Below, piece after piece: positions 26,834 to 32,000 of a stretch of 32,000 bases of DNA. The notes beneath the pieces were generated by a model. That model was not told the DNA's origin and did no database searches. It saw only the letters and a program-made list of their open reading frames with translations. This DNA comes from Promethearchaeia archaeon. Lineage in GTDB: Archaea > Asgardarchaeota > Lokiarchaeia > Sigyniarchaeales > SOKP01. The stretch is taken from assembly GCA_046497275.1 (NCBI GenBank), contig JAWOFX010000019.1, positions 60,001-92,000 on the forward strand, read 5' to 3'. The position numbers were made by a program, and so were the translations under genes. Numbering within the stretch: position 1 is the stretch's first letter; each line of letters opens with the position of its first letter.

Positions 26834-27949
26834 TTAAGAGTATATGTAATCTTTTACACTATGTTCTTTATCAATTATATCTGTAAGTGCTTTATTGAAA
26901 TGAATTTGATTTATAAATTCACTTCTCTCTCTTAAAGCTTTTATACCTGCCTCTGTGACTAATGCTTTAATATGAGCTCCGCTAAATCCCTCTGTTTTTC
27001 TGGCGAGTTCTATAAAATTAACATCCTTCAAAGTCATTTTGCGCGTATGGATTTTCAAGATCATTTTTCGTGCTTCTTCAGTAGGTAAATCAAATCTTAT
27101 TACTCGATCAAAGCGGCCAGGTCTTAATATCGCGGGGTCTAATACATCTTCTCTATTAGTGGCTGCGACAAACATGATTCCCTCAGTATTAGCAAATCCA
27201 TCGAGCTCAGAGAGCAATTGCATAAAGGTTCTCTGAACTTCTCTGTCTCCTTTATACACTTCACTGGTTCTTTTAATTGCTATCGCATCAATTTCATCTA
27301 TAAAGATTATTGCGGGAATATTTTCTTTTGCTAATGTGAATACTTCTCTTACCATCCTTGAACCTTCACCAATGAATTTTTGCACCAAATCCGAGCCTAC
27401 TAAATGTATAAATCGTGCATTCGTTGAATTCGCAATAGATTTTGCTGTGAGCGTCTTTCCGGTTCCGGGAGGGCCAGATAAAAGCGCACCAGAAGGAGGA
27501 TCAATACCAAGCTTTTCAAATAATTCTGGATGTAAAAGGGGTAATTCAACTACTTCTCGAATCGCTTGAATTTGAGCATCTAATCCTCCAATATCTTCAA
27601 ATGTTACGTCAGGAGACTCCACCAGTTCCATACCTGCGACATGACCACGAATCTTTCTGGATAAAATCTCTAAAATTTGATAACTTTGTGGATGAAGAGT
27701 GACTTGATCTCCTGCTTTGGGTTCAAGATGATCATTTGGAGGTAAAATCAAACGATTTCCGGGAGCATGAGATATGATTACTCTTCCATCCTTTAGAACT
27801 CTCTCAACAGTGCCTATAAGTAAAGGCTTCTTCTTGAGATTGTTAATTATGTCTCTGAATCCACTTATTTCCCGCTTAAGTTGTTCATTCTCTTTTTCTA
27901 AAACACTAAGTTTCTTCTCTAGTTTTTTTACGGTTGATTCGGTCATCAT
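26834..27949 (-). CDS. pan: Proteasome-activating nucleotidase (AAA+)
   Basis: N-terminal coiled coil plus OB segment; Walker A GPPGTGKT; pore loop LVQKFIGEG; Walker B IIFIDEIDAI; AATNR..LDPAILRPGRFDR; C-terminal I-Y-S HbYX motif. Confidence 0.93.
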   Translation of the reverse strand: MMTESTVKKLEKKLSVLEKENEQLKREISGFRDIINNLKKKPLLIGTVERVLKDGRVIISHAPGNRLILPPNDHLEPKAGDQVTLHPQSYQILEILSRKIRGHVAGMELVESPDVTFEDIGGLDAQIQAIREVVELPLLHPELFEKLGIDPPSGALLSGPPGTGKTLTAKSIANSTNARFIHLVGSDLVQKFIGEGSRMVREVFTLAKENIPAIIFIDEIDAIAIKRTSEVYKGDREVQRTFMQLLSELDGFANTEGIMFVAATNREDVLDPAILRPGRFDRVIRFDLPTEEARKMILKIHTRKMTLKDVNFIELARKTEGFSGAHIKALVTEAGIKALRERSEFINQIHFNKALTDIIDKEHSVKDYIYS

Positions 27950-28210
27950 CTACAGTTCTATCTTATTAATCATATCAAAAATATTTAATTGTTTTACTCT
28001 TTCTCGTTTCGTTATGATCTCCATTTTATTCACTATTATTAATATTTAACGTGACAACATGCTATTTTCTACATTCTCTCCCCAAAAAAAACTGTAAATT
28101 CTATCCTTAAATAACATGACTTAATTCTAAAATGCATAGAACTAATAAAAAAGATTAATTAATACAAAAATAAGTAAAAAAAAAAGAATTAAATCCTAAA
28201 ATTTCCTCAA

Positions 28211-30049
28211 TTAATAAAGATCTTTTATAACAAAGTCTAAATTCAATTCGCTTAGAGTATTTTTTAAAGGATAAGCATTATTAGGGTTCCATCCTAGTAC
28301 TTCACAAAATCCTTTATAATCCTCAAAATAATTCACGTCTACTATTCTTTCTGGCAGTTTATTATTAATAACATCTATCCCCTCTCTCAAATTGAAGGAA
28401 TGGCGAAGAATATAGATTCTCAAGCCTATTCTGATTAATTCATCAATATTTATATCCCATCCAACTATCGCTTTAAATAATTCAATTAACGGATATTTTT
28501 GAAAAAAAACTGCGAATTCACAGAGCCCAATACTCGCCAATACCTGTCCAATCGCAACACTTAATTTTTCCGCTTCACTTCGATCATGCCCTGGTCTTTT
28601 GAATTTTTTAGGCAAAGTAATACCTTCAATTAATCCATTTGGTTTTATAAACGGACCAATTGCCATCATATCTAAGGAAGGAACTGTATGTCTGCCGGGA
28701 GTGGGTTCAAATGCATAACTCATTCCCAAACTTTTATAATATTTAGGAGAGTGCATTCCAGGTTCTTGTCCCATAGAATGAATAGCATATTTTTTACTTC
28801 CTCCATTTATTTTCTCCGAAGCAATTTTAACTCCATCCGCCAAAAGATCACCAAGACCTTCTCTGCGTATCATATTCTTAACTAACTCAATAATTGCTTT
28901 GGAATTCCCCCAAGTTAAATTCAACCCTCCTGTATCTTCTTTACTTAATATACCATTCTCATAACATTCTATAGCAAAAGCAACCGCTGTTCCTGCGGAG
29001 ATTGTGTCGATTCCTGCTCGGTTGCATAAATCATTTATCATAAATAAAGACATAAGATCATCATTGAGTAATAAATGTCCGAAACTTGCACATGTCTCGT
29101 ATTCGGGCTGGTGTGTTTCTTCAAGGTTCAAATCAGGCACATTCATGATGCCTCCACATTGAATTGGACATGAGAAGCATCCATAATTTCTTTCTCTATA
29201 TTTTATTAATTCTTCTCCAGAAATTTTACTGATTTTTTCCATAGGAAAATCTTTTATTGTTCCGCCCCAATTTTTAATTGGAGTATCTCCTAATTGAGCA
29301 CTGAATACATTTGCGAAGGCTGTTCCAATTTCTTTCCATGCTACGATTGCACCCGTAGTAGCACTATTAATACCTTCATTATATTCTTTTGTAAGACGTA
29401 ATAGTGTATTTCTCTCTGACACCTCGATTTTTTTATTTCCTCCGAGAACAATCGCTTTTAAATTTTTAGATCCCATTAATGCTCCTAATCCAGATCTAGC
29501 CGCAATTCTGGCCTTATCATTAACGATTCCAGAAATCAAAGAGCGTTTTTCACCAGCTTGACCGATGCTCATCACTTGAACCTTACCATACTTTTGATGT
29601 AATTTTTCTTCTGTTTGAACCACGTCTAATCCCCATAGATTAGAAGCGTCTAAAACTTGCTTCTCTCCATTATTGATCAAGATATATTTTGGCTCTTTCG
29701 CTCTCCCCTTCACAATGATCGCATCATAACCACATTTTTTAATTTCGGGACCAAAATATCCTCCGCAATTAGAATCTCCCCAAGTCCCAGTTAAGGGAGA
29801 TTTTCCCACCACCATAAAACGACCCGTCATAGGTGCTACAGTACCAGTAAATAATCCTGGAAAAAATCCTAAAAGCGCTTCAGGGTCAAATGATTCAATT
29901 TTAGGGGGGAGATTCTCATAAAATAATTTGCTCGCTAATCCATAACCTCCAAGATATTGACGATAAATCTCTTCGGATAATTTTTCTTCTCTAAATGAAT
30001 CTTCACTCAAATTAATCCATAAAATTGTACCCATATAACCATTTGGCAT
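28211..30049 (-). CDS. aor: Aldehyde:ferredoxin oxidoreductase family (W/Mo-bis-pterin)
   Basis: GYMGTILWINLS, KSPLTG, AARSGLGALMGSKNLKAI, Fe-S ligands CFSCPIQC and GLCEF, PEYET, GIDTISAG and GRH. Confidence 0.93.
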   Translation of the reverse strand: MPNGYMGTILWINLSEDSFREEKLSEEIYRQYLGGYGLASKLFYENLPPKIESFDPEALLGFFPGLFTGTVAPMTGRFMVVGKSPLTGTWGDSNCGGYFGPEIKKCGYDAIIVKGRAKEPKYILINNGEKQVLDASNLWGLDVVQTEEKLHQKYGKVQVMSIGQAGEKRSLISGIVNDKARIAARSGLGALMGSKNLKAIVLGGNKKIEVSERNTLLRLTKEYNEGINSATTGAIVAWKEIGTAFANVFSAQLGDTPIKNWGGTIKDFPMEKISKISGEELIKYRERNYGCFSCPIQCGGIMNVPDLNLEETHQPEYETCASFGHLLLNDDLMSLFMINDLCNRAGIDTISAGTAVAFAIECYENGILSKEDTGGLNLTWGNSKAIIELVKNMIRREGLGDLLADGVKIASEKINGGSKKYAIHSMGQEPGMHSPKYYKSLGMSYAFEPTPGRHTVPSLDMMAIGPFIKPNGLIEGITLPKKFKRPGHDRSEAEKLSVAIGQVLASIGLCEFAVFFQKYPLIELFKAIVGWDINIDELIRIGLRIYILRHSFNLREGIDVINNKLPERIVDVNYFEDYKGFCEVLGWNPNNAYPLKNTLSELNLDFVIKDLY

Positions 30050-30290
30050 ATATTTCCAACTCTTTTATATTTATTCCTTAAAAAAAGGATATCATCTTTT
30101 GACCAAAAAAAAAATCTATTTTAAATGGATATGAGTTCTATAATTACATTTTTTTATATAAATCTATCTAAAGAACAAAAATGAATCAAAAATCTTAAAA
30201 CAAAAACAAAAAAATGAATTCATATCACAGAGGAGATTCCAAACTATAAGAACTTTTATTATTACCTTAAAACCAAATTTAGAACATCAA

Positions 30291-30576
30291 ATCACGGGAG
30301 TAAATTTTTTAGATGATACAAATGAAGAAAATTGACCATTCGCAATTTATTTCAAATATTCAATAATTTTATAATTCCTTTAATTAGTAAGGAGGAGCAA
30401 GATTCTTAGAGGAATTTGAGAGTCTTCTCCTTCAAAAAGTAGAGCTTAAAATGGATTTTAATAAAAAAGTGTAAGAATTGTTTCCATTATTATGAGAGGG
30501 TAACTATATCCAACATTAAAACCAGTATGTAAATATTGAAAAGCTTGGGATGCTATATGAAATTTTACTAGCAATC
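30291..30576 (+). pseudogene. Decayed 5' fragment of an acyl-CoA dehydrogenase paralog, inverted relative to the intact gene
   Basis: With two frameshifts it reads ITGVNFLDD..EE.LTIRNLFQIFNNFIIPLISKEEQD.LEEFESLLLQKVELKMDFNKKV*ELFPLL*EGNYIQH*NQYVNIEKLGMLYEILLAI, colinear with residues 4-~100 of the 30674..31933 protein. Confidence 0.88.
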
Positions 30577-30673
30577 CATCAAATAAAATTTAATATATAA
30601 AAAAACTTTCAAGTTTGTCTTATTTCATCCCAATAGATATCAAAGTGATAAAATTTTATTATACGATAATCAA

Positions 30674-31933
30674 TTAAAGAGCCAGTCTTTTCACAATATC
30701 TTTAATTGCTCTACTGACTAAATATAACTGAATATTACGTGCTCCTCCTATGATTTCTTGTACTTTTGCCACTTCTAATGCCTTATCAATTCTCATATTA
30801 TCAGTAAATGCTATCCCCCCGCAGAGTTGTTGCGTTTCATAGGAGATTCTCTGTGCAAGGTTCGAAGCTAAGAATTTTGTGCCTGAACTGAATGCAGCAT
30901 TGTATTTGATGAATTTTCGATCCCCATATTTAAGAGTCTTTCTGTATTCTGATGCGGATTTAAATCCTAACTCTGTGGCTGCCATTAATTCAGTGAATAA
31001 TTGAGTAATTGGAAAGGAAACTGCTTGAAAGTCATATAAAGGTCTCCCAAATTGCGTTCGAAGATTTGTATATATTAACGCGGTTATCGCTGTGAGCCAT
31101 CCTATACCAAGACTAGAACCTATAATTGCATCTCTTTCTGCTACTAGACCAGAAAATAGATTTCGATAGCCAATACCTCTCTCACCAATAATATATTTCC
31201 TAGGGACTTTTACTGAATTGAAAATCGTTTGACTTACCTCTACTCTGGGAATTGATTGAATCCCTAATCTATTCGTTTCGATACCTTCGAAATTACGATC
31301 GATAACCATTTGATACATTGATCCTCTTGGATCATAACGATTCGAGACTCCATATACGATAAAATAGTCTGCTTTTGACCCATTCGTGGTATATACTTTT
31401 TCCCCATTTAAAATAAGATGATCTTCATTTTCTTCCACAATAGTTTGCATATTAACCGCATCAGAGCCGTGCTGCCGTTCTGTGATACAAATTGCTCCCA
31501 CTTTCTTTCCAGACATAATTTCCCCTAAAATCTGATCAATATGTTCACCTTTCCCGTGCTGAAATAACGGATTTGCAAAAATAACTCCAGACACAACACG
31601 TGCTAAATCCAATTCAGGATCAACGATAGATACTGCCATAGCTAAAAGAATCTCATAGCGCATACCATAATGTTCTGTATCGCCATATTGATTTAAACGC
31701 TGTATATAATTTCCCTCTCCCAAAATAGGAAATAAATCATAGACTTCTTTATTCAGATCTATCTTTGGTTCAACCTCTTCTAATAAAAACTCTTCAAGAG
31801 TCTCTAAGAAATCTCTTTCCTCTTTACTTATCAGCGGGATTATAAAATTATTGAATATCTGAAAAATATTACGTGTATTCAGCTTCTCCTCAATTTCATC
31901 ATCTAAGATATTAACTCCAGTAATTTTTTTCAT
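30674..31933 (-). CDS. Acyl-CoA dehydrogenase family protein
   Basis: AICITERQHGSDA, LNGEKVYTTNG, GERGIGY, RTQFGRPL..FQAV, QQLCGGIAF and IIGGARNIQ. Confidence 0.92.
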   Translation of the reverse strand: MKKITGVNILDDEIEEKLNTRNIFQIFNNFIIPLISKEERDFLETLEEFLLEEVEPKIDLNKEVYDLFPILGEGNYIQRLNQYGDTEHYGMRYEILLAMAVSIVDPELDLARVVSGVIFANPLFQHGKGEHIDQILGEIMSGKKVGAICITERQHGSDAVNMQTIVEENEDHLILNGEKVYTTNGSKADYFIVYGVSNRYDPRGSMYQMVIDRNFEGIETNRLGIQSIPRVEVSQTIFNSVKVPRKYIIGERGIGYRNLFSGLVAERDAIIGSSLGIGWLTAITALIYTNLRTQFGRPLYDFQAVSFPITQLFTELMAATELGFKSASEYRKTLKYGDRKFIKYNAAFSSGTKFLASNLAQRISYETQQLCGGIAFTDNMRIDKALEVAKVQEIIGGARNIQLYLVSRAIKDIVKRLAL

Positions 31934-32000
31934 AATTTAGACTAAAATCAAACCAATTTAAATATTATTATCCTAAACGGTTTCAATGTGAATTTATTCC

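Noticed and set aside
1137-28885. Short overlapping ORFs in the track (e.g. 1137..1367, 4975..5184, 6698..6904, 9903..10220, 11268..11582, 11823..12137, 13517..13801, 14148..14450, 15356..15613, 16163..16345, 17101..17391, 17490..17672, 18886..19131, 20277..20474, 22718..22909, 24528..24737, 24815..25003, 27039..27236, 27336..27569, 27774..28049, 28688..28885)
   Set aside because: They lie antisense to, or out of frame within, well-supported genes and have no recognisable motifs; they are shadow ORFs.
1-32000. Selenocysteine or stop-codon recoding, CRISPR arrays, IS elements, integrases
   Set aside because: TGA-terminated genes (nadC, uxs, the GTPase, the second GNAT) end at their natural C-termini. 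I saw no spaced direct repeats, terminal inverted repeats with target duplications, or transposase motifs.

Overview
An AT-rich (roughly 30% GC by eye), gene-dense archaeal chromosome segment, most likely from an Asgard archaeon (Lokiarchaeia-like). This assignment is an inference: archaeal core genes (Rpo6/RpoK, Hef, PAN with an HbYX tail, AOR, a tRNA with a bulge-helix-bulge (BHB) intron) occur together with eukaryotic-signature-type genes (longin domain, roadblock/LC7, Rab-like small GTPase, SDS22-class LRR protein). Most of the window is housekeeping: dinB, nadC, a purB-purM-pfkB operon, tldD-pmbA, UDP-glucuronate decarboxylase, AOR and an acyl-CoA dehydrogenase. I found no IS, integrase or CRISPR array. 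Three features are absent from the ORF track: (1) a tRNA-Val(CAC) with a 31-nt intron at the non-canonical T-loop position 59/60 and a clean BHB motif; (2) a decayed, inverted paralogous fragment of the acyl-CoA dehydrogenase 5' end; (3) a GC-enriched hairpin element with a candidate TATA box and U-tail, possibly a small ncRNA. Proteins that deviate from their families include a Rab-like GTPase with altered G3/G4 motifs and a C-terminal Zn ribbon, a NikR-fold regulator lacking Ni ligands, and a phosphoesterase with GNxD changed to GExD. Suggestive pairings include HEAT-LRR next to PAN, a stand-alone 7TM protein next to longin, and roadblock with a Vps29-like phosphoesterase and a CAAX-type protease. 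All family assignments come from motif recognition by eye; no database searches were run. No single new multi-gene system is proven here.
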